Origin: Candidatus Merdicola faecigallinarum
GTDB lineage: Bacteria; Bacillota; Clostridia; TANB77; CAG-508
Direction of reading: 5' to 3'
Length of the DNA stretch: 61,855 nucleotides
Assembly (NCBI GenBank): GCA_018714565.1
Contig: DVNH01000026.1
Location: 1 to 61,855, forward strand
This document shows, piece by piece, positions 10,915 through 20,329 of this stretch. A program made the translations under genes and the position numbers. The notes beneath the pieces were generated by a model. It did not search any database, was not told where the DNA came from, and saw only the letters and a list, made by a program, of their open reading frames with translations. Each line of letters begins with the position of its first letter. The stretch's first letter is position 1.

Positions 10915-11060
10915 ATTTCCTCCTTTTTCCTTACGGAAGGCTAACTTTTTAATTATAAAAATCTTTTAATATTATATATGCATTACAGTTTTTTTTCAAG
11001 TAAATTATATAATTTGTCCTTAAATTTAATAAAGATTCATTGCTATATTCATTTTATAAG

Positions 11061-11163
11061 AAAAGTGGCTTCGCCACATGTACAGATTACTTCGTAATCG
11101 CACAGACTACGGTAACTTAACCTTGTTGCTCTAGAAAAATCTAACGATTTCTTCTATGTAATA
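11061..11163. repeat. Dispersed structured intergenic repeat, copy 2
   Basis: aaaagtggcttcgccacatgtacagattacttcgtaatcgcacagacta... near-identical to copy 1. Confidence 0.9.
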
Positions 11164-11390
11164 AAGTATAAGGATAATATAAATCATTTTTGTACCTTTC
11201 ATGCTTGTCCTATTTCTTTTACTTTTTAATAGAATCTCTTTTCTTTTTATTTCTTTTGTGCTATATTTATTGTACCTTTTTTCTTATTTAGAATATAATA
11301 TTATTAGCATTTATACCATATTTTACTTCTTTTCAAAGTAGTAGTAATATAGTATAATATTTGTATAGATACATTCAGGAGGGATTTTAA

Positions 11391-12008
11391 ATGAAATTTG
11401 AAAAGCTAAATAATGATAAAATTAGAATCACCTTAAATATAAAAGATTTGCAGGAAAAGGATATTGATTTCCAATCTTTTATGTCTAATTCTTCTGATGC
11501 TCAAAAATTATTTTTAGATATGTTAGAAGAGGCAGAAAAAGAAATTGGCTTTACTACTAAAGATTATCGTATCATGATTGAAGCTTTGGCAACAATGGAA
11601 GGTGATTTTATTTTAACTGTAACTCGCTTTTTACCAGATGATTCTCTTGTAAAAAAGAGAAATATTAAATTTCGTAGAAAAAATACAAAATTAGATAGCG
11701 AGACTGCCGTTTATGCTTTTCAATCTTTTGAAGATTTTTGTAGTTTTTGCCACTATATTCAAAATAGTTCTATCCAAAATCTAGATAAACTGTCTAAAAA
11801 TTTTGCCTTATATACATACCATGACCAATATTACTTAGTAATTACTAATATTAATTTGCAATTTAAAGATATTAAATCTTTTTATTATATTATTTCAGAG
11901 TTTGCAACTTTTGTAAGTCATCCTTCTTTATTTCAAAAAAAACTTTCTGAATATGGTAAATTAATTGTTAAGAAGAATGCTTTGAAAACAATTTTAAAAT
12001 ATTTCTAA
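11391..12008 (+). CDS. MecA-family adaptor protein
   Basis: MKFEKLNNDKIRITL...DL, FLDMLEEAEKEIGF and C-terminal SEFA...LSEYG match the MecA family pattern. Confidence 0.8.
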   Translation: MKFEKLNNDKIRITLNIKDLQEKDIDFQSFMSNSSDAQKLFLDMLEEAEKEIGFTTKDYRIMIEALATMEGDFILTVTRFLPDDSLVKKRNIKFRRKNTKLDSETAVYAFQSFEDFCSFCHYIQNSSIQNLDKLSKNFALYTYHDQYYLVITNINLQFKDIKSFYYIISEFATFVSHPSLFQKKLSEYGKLIVKKNALKTILKYF

Positions 12009-12026
12009 TTTAATTCTTTATACAAC

Positions 12027-12062
12027 AAAAAATGGAAATAGTTAAAAACTATTTCCATTTTT
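12027..12062. terminator. Bidirectional intrinsic terminator
   Basis: aaaaaatggaaatag / ctatttccattttt inverted repeat between convergent genes. Confidence 0.85.
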
Positions 12063-12079
12063 ATATTCATATAATACTC

Positions 12080-13105
12080 TTAATATAAATAATATTGTGG
12101 ATTATATGGTGTTCCATTTATCCTAATTTCTAAATGCAGATGGTTTCCTGTTGAATTTCCAGTACTTCCTACTCTTGCTATTATTTGTCCCTGTGATACT
12201 GTTTGTCCCACTTTTGCTATCAAACTACTACAATGTCCATAATAAGTTTGTACTCCATTCTCATGTTGAATTACAATTAATTTTCCTAAAGATCCTTTAT
12301 ATCCGGAATGTATAACAGTCCCACTTGCTGCAGCTTTAATTCCAGTTCCATATGGTGCTGCAATATCTAGTCCCGTATGAGCTCCAGAACGAATACTGCT
12401 TCGCTCTGCATAACGTGAAGTAATTTTTCCAGAAATCGGTTGTATTAAAGAAATTCCTAATACTGGTTTCTTTCCTGTTACATTATTAGAAGTACTAATT
12501 CTTGCATTTCCTCTTGCTGTTACATTCGATGCAATTTTTTTCGTTTGAGTAACCTGTTTTGGTGGTTCCACATATAATTTAGCAACTGCATCCTCTACAG
12601 ATGCAAATTCTTTTAATTCTGTTGAATATTTTTCTTCTAATCCAATTGTTTCTTTATTTGCACTATTTTTATCTTTTAATTGTTTTACTACTTCTTGCGC
12701 TTGATTAAAATCTGAAACATATAATTTTTCTTCTCCATCATTTACAATCGCATAATAAGTATAGTAATTTGTACCTGTTTGTTTCACTTTTTGGAAAATC
12801 TCATCATCATTGGTAACAATTCCTTTTTTTAACATGCACATTTTATATTCTGGCAATGTATCAATTTGCACAAATGCAATATTAGGCCCTTCCCCTTTTT
12901 CCATATAGTCATTAATTTTCTTTTGTAATTCTCTTTTATCCTTACTATATCCTATAAATTCTCCATTTAAAGTAACACTATAAATTGGTTTATAAATAAG
13001 GATAACAGCCCCTAAAATAAGAAATGCACTAATGGCGATTAAACAAATTAACTTAATTGATGTTCTGCAATGGACTAATAATTTTTTAATCTTATTAATT
13101 TTCAT
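12080..13105 (-). CDS. Membrane-anchored M23 family peptidase
   Basis: HTGLD (HxxxD), YGH and HLH (HxH) motifs; N-terminal TM. Confidence 0.9.
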   Translation of the reverse strand: MKINKIKKLLVHCRTSIKLICLIAISAFLILGAVILIYKPIYSVTLNGEFIGYSKDKRELQKKINDYMEKGEGPNIAFVQIDTLPEYKMCMLKKGIVTNDDEIFQKVKQTGTNYYTYYAIVNDGEEKLYVSDFNQAQEVVKQLKDKNSANKETIGLEEKYSTELKEFASVEDAVAKLYVEPPKQVTQTKKIASNVTARGNARISTSNNVTGKKPVLGISLIQPISGKITSRYAERSSIRSGAHTGLDIAAPYGTGIKAAASGTVIHSGYKGSLGKLIVIQHENGVQTYYGHCSSLIAKVGQTVSQGQIIARVGSTGNSTGNHLHLEIRINGTPYNPQYYLY

Positions 13106-13395
13106 GCAACTCCTTTTTTATTATTCTTGTTTGCATTTTATCCCATTTCTTTTTTTTCTTCAAAGGCTGTTCTCTTTTGTTTATTTAAATTATTTCTCAA
13201 TTACTTTTATTTTTCTTGTTTTTCTTTATTTTTCTACTTAATTTATTGTTTTCATTACGGAACTCACAAAAAAGAGAAATGTAATAAGGAAGTAGTTAAA
13301 TTCTTTCTCCCTTTTTTACCTTTCTCTTTTTATTTTGTTACGATCTTTTATCTTTTTTTATGATTTTCTCTTATCCTTAATAACTTTTTATCATT

Positions 13396-13641
13396 TTATG
13401 ATTGTAAATCATTTTTTACCGTTTGTATCTCTGTTACGGTTGCTTGTGCTGCAGGTTTATAATACCCTTTGGTTTGTGCAATTTTAAATAGTTCATATTG
13501 AAAACTTTCATCATTATTACGTATTTGTTGAAAAGTTTGTCTAAGTTGCATATTTTCTGCTTCCGAAATTGCAGTTTGATATGCTGTAAGATCAGATTTT
13601 ACTCCTGCTAAAATATCGTTTACCATTGTCTTTTCGTCCAT
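13396..13641 (-). CDS. Coat F domain spore coat protein
   Basis: AYQTAISEAENMQLRQTF...ELFKIAQTKGYY pattern. Confidence 0.75.
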   Translation of the reverse strand: MDEKTMVNDILAGVKSDLTAYQTAISEAENMQLRQTFQQIRNNDESFQYELFKIAQTKGYYKPAAQATVTEIQTVKNDLQS

Positions 13642-13650
13642 AATTTCCTC

Positions 13651-13842
13651 CTAGTTATTTTCTAAAAAACTAATTAGTTTTTGCTTTGTATTTAACGCAT
13701 CTTGTGCGGATTTTGTAAATACTTGTTTAATTTGTGGATCTACTGCTTGTGATGAATAAGTATTTAACTTTTGATAAGCTGTTTCATGAGCACCTATTAA
13801 GTGTCTTAAATGTTGTAATTCAATTTGATTTAAATTTGGCAT
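13651..13842 (-). CDS. Small spore-coat-associated protein (partner of the Coat F gene)
   Basis: LNQIELQHLRHLI...AVDPQIKQVF; same operon as the Coat F gene. Confidence 0.65.
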   Translation of the reverse strand: MPNLNQIELQHLRHLIGAHETAYQKLNTYSSQAVDPQIKQVFTKSAQDALNTKQKLISFLENN

Positions 13843-13924
13843 TTTTTATCATCCTTTCTTTTCTTGTCTTTTTTTAGTATTCTCCTTTTTTTAATATTTA
13901 TACTTTATTTCCTATACAATAAAA

Positions 13925-13972
13925 AAATGTACCATAAATTTTAAACAAAAGTCTAAAATTTATGGTACATTT
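13925..13972 (-). terminator. Intrinsic terminator after pcrA
   Basis: aaatgtaccataaatttta / taaaatttatggtacattt inverted repeat. Confidence 0.8.
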
Positions 13973-14022
13973 CTTTATTTTTTTATTCGACTATTTCCTA
14001 TAAAAATCTCTTATTTTCACTT

Positions 14023-16311
14023 TTAACCAATTACTTCAAGATTTGCAAATTTTGCCATTAATCTTTTATGACCAACTTTGTCAAATTGAATATCTACTTT
14101 TAAGTCTTCTCCTTCTTTTTCGATCGTATGAATCGTTCCTTCTCCAAATTTTTTATGATAAACTCTCTGCCCAACTTGATATTTTGATAAATCAACATTA
14201 TTTTGATTATTGGTTACGATTTTATTTAAGAAACTTTCTGCTGTTCGAAAAGCAAATGCTGGTTCCTTTTTATTTGTAATAACAGAAGAATTGTCTATCT
14301 TGTAAGATTTTACTTGGCTCGATTCTTTGTTTCTATAACTCCATTCATAAGGAGAATCAGAAAAATTATTTTGTTTACTACTTTCTTCTTCGTATCCATT
14401 TAACATATCTGTTGGAATTTCTTTTACAAATCTTGAAATCGGATTACAACTTGTAGAACCAAATATCGTTCGTCTCTTACTACAAGTAATGTATAAATAC
14501 ATTCTTGCTCTAGTAATTCCCACATAGCATAATCGTCTTTCTTCTTCCAATTCTTTTGGTTCTGAGATTGACTTATATCCTGGAAAAATACCTTCTTCCA
14601 TTCCCACTAAAAAGACAACTGGAAATTCTAGTCCTTTTGCACTATGTAAAGTCATAAGAGTAACAGAATCTTGCTCTTCGTCTACTCCATCTAAATCGCT
14701 TGATAATGTAATTCCTTCCAAAAAGCTATTAAGATCGTTTTCTGCTTCTTCTTCCTCAAACTCAATCGCAACTGTTAAAAATTCTTCTAGGTTCTCTATT
14801 CTATTTTCTGCCTCTACACTATCTTCTTGTTCTAATGCTTTTGTATATCCTGTTTGTTTTAAGGTTTGTTTTACTAATTCTGATATCGTATATTCTTCTC
14901 TTTTTTGCTTTAATTCCTCTATTGTTTGAATAAATTCTCTTGAATTTAGGTAAACACGGTTTAATCCATACTGATCTGCATTTTTTATAATATCATACAT
15001 AGAATTTCCTGTTTGTTCTGAAATAGACTGAATTTGATCTAAACTTGTTTTTCCGATTCCTCTTTTTGGCTCATTAATAATTCTTTTTAAGGCTAAATTA
15101 TCAGATGAATTATTAATTAATCTTAAATAAGAAATAATATCTTTAATTTCTTTTCTTTCATAGAATTTTAGTCCTCCAACAATTTTATATGGAATATCTT
15201 CTCTTCTTAAAATATCTTCTATTGCTCTTGATTGTGTATTCATACGATATAAAACTGCAAAATCAGAATACTTATAATATTCTTCTCTTTTTAAATGATT
15301 AATTTGTTCTACAATATATCTTCCTTCATCATATTCATCGTCTGCAGAATAAAAAGTTGGTAAACTTCCTTTTTCATTTTCTGTCCATAATTTCTTTTTA
15401 TATTTTGCTTCATTATTTTTAATTACCGCATTTGCAGCCTCTAAAATACTTCCTGTACAGCGATAATTTTGTTCTAGTTTAATAATCTTTGTTCCTGGAA
15501 AGTCTCTTTCGAAATTTAAAATATTACTAACATCTGCTCCACGGAATGAATAAATACTTTGGTCATTATCTCCTACTACCGTAATATTTCCGTATTTAGA
15601 AGCAAGCATTGTAACAAATGTAAATTGTGATTTATTTGTATCTTGATATTCATCTACTAATATATATTTAAATTTTTCAGAATAATATTCTAAAACATCT
15701 GGATTTTCCATTAATATTTTAATCGTAAAATTAATAATATCGTCAAAATCAATTGCGTTATTTTCTTTTAATCTTTTTTGATATAAAGAATACACTTCTC
15801 CTATCTTTTCTTTTCGGAAATCTCCCATTGCTTTTGCTACATAATTTTCTGGCTCTAACATATCGTTTTTTGCATTACTTATTTCAAATTGTACTGCTCT
15901 ATCATTAAACATTTTATCATCTATTTTTAGATCTTTTAAACACTCTTTGATTAGTGATCTTTGATCTGAAGTATCAAAAATAACAAAAGAATGATCAAAC
16001 CCGATTCGATCAATATAACGACGAAGGATACGAACACAAATTGCATGAAATGTTCCGATCCACATATCCTTTGCAACTTCTCCTACTAATTCTTCTACTC
16101 TTTGTTTCATTTCATTTGCAGCTTTATTGGTGAAAGTAATTGCTAGTATATTCCATGGTGCTACGTTTTTTTCGCTCATTAAATAAGCAATTTTATGTGT
16201 TAATACTTTTGTTTTTCCACTTCCTGCTCCTGCAATTACTAAATTAGGTCCTTCTGTATTTACTACTGCCTCATATTGTTTATCATTTAATCCTTCCAAA
16301 AGATCTTGCAT
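14023..16311 (-). CDS. pcrA: ATP-dependent DNA helicase PcrA/UvrD
   Basis: AGAGSGKT, DEYQDT, VGDNDQSIYSFRGA, TLHSAKGLEF and C-terminal Tudor-like domain. Confidence 0.97.
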   Translation of the reverse strand: MQDLLEGLNDKQYEAVVNTEGPNLVIAGAGSGKTKVLTHKIAYLMSEKNVAPWNILAITFTNKAANEMKQRVEELVGEVAKDMWIGTFHAICVRILRRYIDRIGFDHSFVIFDTSDQRSLIKECLKDLKIDDKMFNDRAVQFEISNAKNDMLEPENYVAKAMGDFRKEKIGEVYSLYQKRLKENNAIDFDDIINFTIKILMENPDVLEYYSEKFKYILVDEYQDTNKSQFTFVTMLASKYGNITVVGDNDQSIYSFRGADVSNILNFERDFPGTKIIKLEQNYRCTGSILEAANAVIKNNEAKYKKKLWTENEKGSLPTFYSADDEYDEGRYIVEQINHLKREEYYKYSDFAVLYRMNTQSRAIEDILRREDIPYKIVGGLKFYERKEIKDIISYLRLINNSSDNLALKRIINEPKRGIGKTSLDQIQSISEQTGNSMYDIIKNADQYGLNRVYLNSREFIQTIEELKQKREEYTISELVKQTLKQTGYTKALEQEDSVEAENRIENLEEFLTVAIEFEEEEAENDLNSFLEGITLSSDLDGVDEEQDSVTLMTLHSAKGLEFPVVFLVGMEEGIFPGYKSISEPKELEEERRLCYVGITRARMYLYITCSKRRTIFGSTSCNPISRFVKEIPTDMLNGYEEESSKQNNFSDSPYEWSYRNKESSQVKSYKIDNSSVITNKKEPAFAFRTAESFLNKIVTNNQNNVDLSKYQVGQRVYHKKFGEGTIHTIEKEGEDLKVDIQFDKVGHKRLMAKFANLEVIG

Positions 16312-16422
16312 GTTTTTCTCCTCGCTATTATAAGTTATAGTTTTTATCGTCCCTTACCAAGGACTTTTCCTATCTATTAGGGCACTATGATTTAGGCTAT
16401 CCCTTTCAATTTCATATTTCGT

Positions 16423-16451
16423 ATTATATCGATATTTTTTATTTGAGTCAA
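16423..16451 (-). promoter_or_regulatory. sigmaA-like promoter of pcrA
   Basis: Minus strand TTGACT-17 nt-TATAAT. Confidence 0.7.
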
Positions 16452-16490
16452 TAGTTTTTTATAAACATTTGTTTTGTTTTTTGCTATATA

Positions 16491-16518
16491 AAAAAGCCTA
16501 GAAAATTTCTAGGTTTTT
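16491..16518 (-). terminator. Intrinsic terminator after the M18 aminopeptidase
   Basis: aaaaagcctagaa / ttctaggttttt hairpin with U-tract. Confidence 0.75.
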
Positions 16519-16526
16519 TACACTTT

Positions 16527-17936
16527 TTATTCATTCCAAAAAGCTTCATAAGCAAGGTATGCTTGATAAACATCATATTTACTTGTTACTTCATATGGAG
16601 CATGCATCGAAAGTACTGGAACTCCTGCATCGATTACATTTACACCTTTATTAGCCAAAATATATGCAATGGTTCCTCCTCCTCCTACATCTACTTTTCC
16701 TAGTTCTGCCAATTGATATCCAATTTCTTTTTCTTCAAGTAAACTTCTTACTTCTGCTACAAATTCTGCATTTGCATCAGATCCTCCTGCTTTTCCTCTT
16801 GAACCAGAATATTTGTTAATTCCAATTCCATGATTTAAATAGCTTGCATTCCCTTTTTCATATACGGAATTATAAATTGGATCATATCCTGCATCTACGT
16901 CTGCAGATAACATTCTAGAATGACAAAATACTTCTTCTAACATATTTGGTTCCTTTAAATTTAATTTATTTAATAATATTGTTACAAAATAATCAAATAC
17001 ATGGGATTCCATTCCTGTATTTCCCATACTTCCAATTTCTTCTTTATCTGTTATCATACAAATTGCTGTTTTATTTGGATTTTCTATATTCATTAATGCA
17101 GTTAAAGAAGTATACACAGAAACTTTATCATCTTGCCCATATGCTGCTATTAAACTTTCATCAAATCCTAAACTCTTTGCTTTAAATGCTGGAACTAATT
17201 CTAATTCTGAACTCATAAAGTCCGCTTCTGTTATTCCATATTTACGATTTAATATATTTAGTAAATTTAATTTTACTTTTTCTTTTACTTTTTCATCATT
17301 ATATGGGATACTTCCTACTAATAATTTTAAGTCTTCTCCTGCTACACCACTTTTTAATTTCTTTTCCATTTGCTCTTGTGCTAAATGTGGCAATAGATCT
17401 GTAATGGTAAAAATAGGATCATCCTCTTCTTCTCCTATACGAATTGTTATTTTTTCCCCATTCTTTTTTATCATTACGCCGTGAATTGCAAGAGGAATTG
17501 TTGTCCATTGATACTTTTTAATTCCTCCATAATAATGTGTTTTAAAAAATGCAAGTTCTGTATCTTCACATAAAGGATTTGGTTTTAAATCTAATCTTGG
17601 GGAATCACCATGAGCACCAATCATATTAATTCCTTGTCTTAAATTTTCTTTTCCAATTACAGCTAGATAAAGACTTTTTGCTCTATTATTATAATATACT
17701 TTATCTCCAGGTTGTAATGTTTCACATTCTTCCACATTTTTGAATCCATTTTCTTTTGCTATTTTTTCACTCTCTGTTACAATTTCTCTTTCTGTCTTTG
17801 CTTGATTTAAAAATTTCATATAGCCTTTTGCATATTCAAAAATCTTTTCTCCAATTTCTTGGCTTATTTTTTCCCATCCATTCTTTTTTTCATCAAATAG
17901 TTTTTCTTGCAATAATTGACCTTCTGTTTTTTCCAT
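16527..17936 (-). CDS. M18 family aminopeptidase
   Basis: AHGDSPRLDLK, HYYGGIKKYQW, DKEEIGS, GGGGTIA and SMH motifs. Confidence 0.93.
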   Translation of the reverse strand: MEKTEGQLLQEKLFDEKKNGWEKISQEIGEKIFEYAKGYMKFLNQAKTEREIVTESEKIAKENGFKNVEECETLQPGDKVYYNNRAKSLYLAVIGKENLRQGINMIGAHGDSPRLDLKPNPLCEDTELAFFKTHYYGGIKKYQWTTIPLAIHGVMIKKNGEKITIRIGEEEDDPIFTITDLLPHLAQEQMEKKLKSGVAGEDLKLLVGSIPYNDEKVKEKVKLNLLNILNRKYGITEADFMSSELELVPAFKAKSLGFDESLIAAYGQDDKVSVYTSLTALMNIENPNKTAICMITDKEEIGSMGNTGMESHVFDYFVTILLNKLNLKEPNMLEEVFCHSRMLSADVDAGYDPIYNSVYEKGNASYLNHGIGINKYSGSRGKAGGSDANAEFVAEVRSLLEEKEIGYQLAELGKVDVGGGGTIAYILANKGVNVIDAGVPVLSMHAPYEVTSKYDVYQAYLAYEAFWNE

Positions 17937-18073
17937 TATATCTCACTTTCCTTTCTTACTCTGTCTTTTCTTCTTTGTTTTTTATATTATTTCCAAATTT
18001 GTAATTAGTATATCATTAGTCTATTTTTTTTTCCAGTTTTTCTTCTGATTTGTATATTTAATCTTTTTCTTTT

Positions 18074-18829
18074 TTAAAATGATATTTTTAAAATTCCTAA
18101 TAAAAATCCTAATATATTTCCCAGTACACTCATTCTTCCTTTATACAAACGATTTGATTCTGGTACTAACTCTCCTGAAACAATATATAACATAGCTCCT
18201 GCTGCAAAGCTTAAACAAATTGCAATTACTTTTTCTGATATTCCTCCTATGATTGCTCCTATAAAAGCTCCAATTCCGGTAGTAATTCCTGATAATAGCA
18301 CATAAAAAATAACTTTTGAAGCTTTCATTCCTCCCTGCTTCATCGGAACAGCCATACTAATTCCTTCTGGTACATCATGAAGCGCAATTGCAATCGCGAG
18401 TGATAACCCTAACTGCATAGATGATTCAAATCCAGAACCGATTGCCAGTCCCTCTGGAAAATTGTGAATTGCAAGCCCAATACTTACAATAATTCCTGTC
18501 TTCAAGAGAGAGTTTTCTTTCTCTTTTTTTCCTATTTTCTTATTTATTTTTCGCTTTACTAAATCATCACATATTATCATTGATCCAATTCCCAATATAA
18601 GACCAAATAAAATAACCTGTATTTCCGTAATCTCAAATGCTTCTGGAATCAAGTCAAAACAAATAATTGCCATCATTAATCCAGAAGCAAAAGACAATAT
18701 AAAACTTAAAAATTTATTTGAGTGTTTTTTTATAGTTACTCCTAATATTCCACCCATCATTGTTCCTAAAGTGCCAAAAAACATTCCAAGAATTGTTGTT
18801 TTTAATAATCCTTCCATTCTTCCTCCCAC
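18074..18829 (-). CDS. ZIP family metal transporter
   Basis: HNFPEG and HDVPEG motifs; multi-pass membrane protein. Confidence 0.92.
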   Translation of the reverse strand: MGGRMEGLLKTTILGMFFGTLGTMMGGILGVTIKKHSNKFLSFILSFASGLMMAIICFDLIPEAFEITEIQVILFGLILGIGSMIICDDLVKRKINKKIGKKEKENSLLKTGIIVSIGLAIHNFPEGLAIGSGFESSMQLGLSLAIAIALHDVPEGISMAVPMKQGGMKASKVIFYVLLSGITTGIGAFIGAIIGGISEKVIAICLSFAAGAMLYIVSGELVPESNRLYKGRMSVLGNILGFLLGILKISF

Positions 18830-18838
18830 TTTACCAAT

Positions 18839-20086
18839 TTATTTTTTATCACAATTTACTTTTTCCATATACAATACATTATTTCTAACTAATCGGAATA
18901 GATAGTTCATAACGTTCATTCTCGGAATCTCTTCTTCACTTAATATTGGTATTATCAATTTATTTTTAGAGTCTACAATCACTTTCAAATTTCCTATTCT
19001 TTGTTTTTTCTCTACGGGTGCTTCGATAAAAGGAAGTACATCAATTTGGACTTTTATTGTATTTTCTTTTTCTTTTGGAATCGCAATATGCGTTTGTTCT
19101 ATCTCATCTAATTGTAATTTTAGTTTTTTAGAAAATCCCTTATTTAAAATAATATTATTCTCATTTTTCTCTTTCCAATCTTCGAATTCATTCTTTATCT
19201 TCTCATCAATTTTTACTTCCTTAAAATTTTGATAAGCATATTCAATCAATTTAATACTATCTGCAGTTCGATTCTTTTTCGTATCCGCTCCTAAAACGAC
19301 CGTAATAATTGACATATCGTTACGGGTAACTGATGTTACCAAGCATCGATTCGCACCATTTGTAAAACCCGTTTTTACTCCATTTACACCTTCTAAGTTT
19401 CCTAATAGTTCATTTGTATTAGATAAGTTTTTTGTTCTTCCACCAAGATTTACGGTATAATATTTTGTATTTACTATTTCTGCAAACTTTTTATTCTCTA
19501 ATGCATAATCCGTAAGCTTCGCCAGCTCATATGCTGTTGTATAATGTTCTTTCATATCTAAACCATGTGGAGAAACAAAATGGCTATTTTCCAATCCTAA
19601 TTCTTGTGCTTTTTCATTCATTTTATTAGCAAATCCTTCTACACTACCAGCAATATATTCAGCTAACGCTACAGCACTATCATTCCCAGAAACTAAAAGA
19701 AGTCCATAAAGTAAATCTTGTACACTTACTTTATCATTTGCTTTTAATCCTAATCTGGATCCACCTGTACCTGCTGCTTTTTTCGAAACTTGTACGATAT
19801 CTTTTAAATTTCCATTTTCTAATACTACAATTGCAGTCATAATTTTTGTAGTAGATGCCATTGGTCTTCTCTCATTTTCTTTTTTTCCCCATAATATTTC
19901 ATTTGTTCTTCTATCATAAATAACAGCTGCTCTTGCATTTAATATCGGTTCTTCTTTTGGAGAATTAGAAGCTTCTATGATATCCTCTATTTTATATTCC
20001 TCTTCTTCTATCTGATCATCTGCATGAACTGTATTCGAAATAAATATACACAAAATCATGAATAGGATTAATGTCTTTTTTTTCAT
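18839..20086 (-). CDS. D-alanyl-D-alanine carboxypeptidase (S11, DacA/DacB/DacF family)
   Basis: Signal peptide; ASTTK, SGN and KTG motifs. Confidence 0.93.
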   Translation of the reverse strand: MKKKTLILFMILCIFISNTVHADDQIEEEEYKIEDIIEASNSPKEEPILNARAAVIYDRRTNEILWGKKENERRPMASTTKIMTAIVVLENGNLKDIVQVSKKAAGTGGSRLGLKANDKVSVQDLLYGLLLVSGNDSAVALAEYIAGSVEGFANKMNEKAQELGLENSHFVSPHGLDMKEHYTTAYELAKLTDYALENKKFAEIVNTKYYTVNLGGRTKNLSNTNELLGNLEGVNGVKTGFTNGANRCLVTSVTRNDMSIITVVLGADTKKNRTADSIKLIEYAYQNFKEVKIDEKIKNEFEDWKEKNENNIILNKGFSKKLKLQLDEIEQTHIAIPKEKENTIKVQIDVLPFIEAPVEKKQRIGNLKVIVDSKNKLIIPILSEEEIPRMNVMNYLFRLVRNNVLYMEKVNCDKK

Positions 20087-20296
20087 AAAAAATCACCTAT
20101 ACTATTACTATTTCGTATAAGTGATTTTATTCCATTTTATTCTTGTCCTTTTATATCGATTATTTTGAAAGCTCTTAAGAACCACCAACAATAGAATTTC
20201 GATTATATATAATAATTCTCTCCTATTTCTATATTTTACCACTGTTATATTTCCTATCAATAGAAATTTAAAACAAGGATTGTCTCTTTGATAAAA

Positions 20297-20329
20297 AATT
20301 TACCAGAAAGAATGAGCCTCTGGCAAATT
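20297..20329 (-). terminator. Intrinsic terminator closing the T4SS-like locus
   Basis: aatttaccaga / tctggcaaatt stem right after the 532-aa gene stop, with a U-tract on the minus strand. Confidence 0.7.

Noticed and set aside
16463-16474. Possible LexA box (AAAC-ATTT-GTTT) upstream of the pcrA promoter
   Set aside because: It deviates from GAAC-N4-GTTY and is easily produced by chance in AT-rich DNA.
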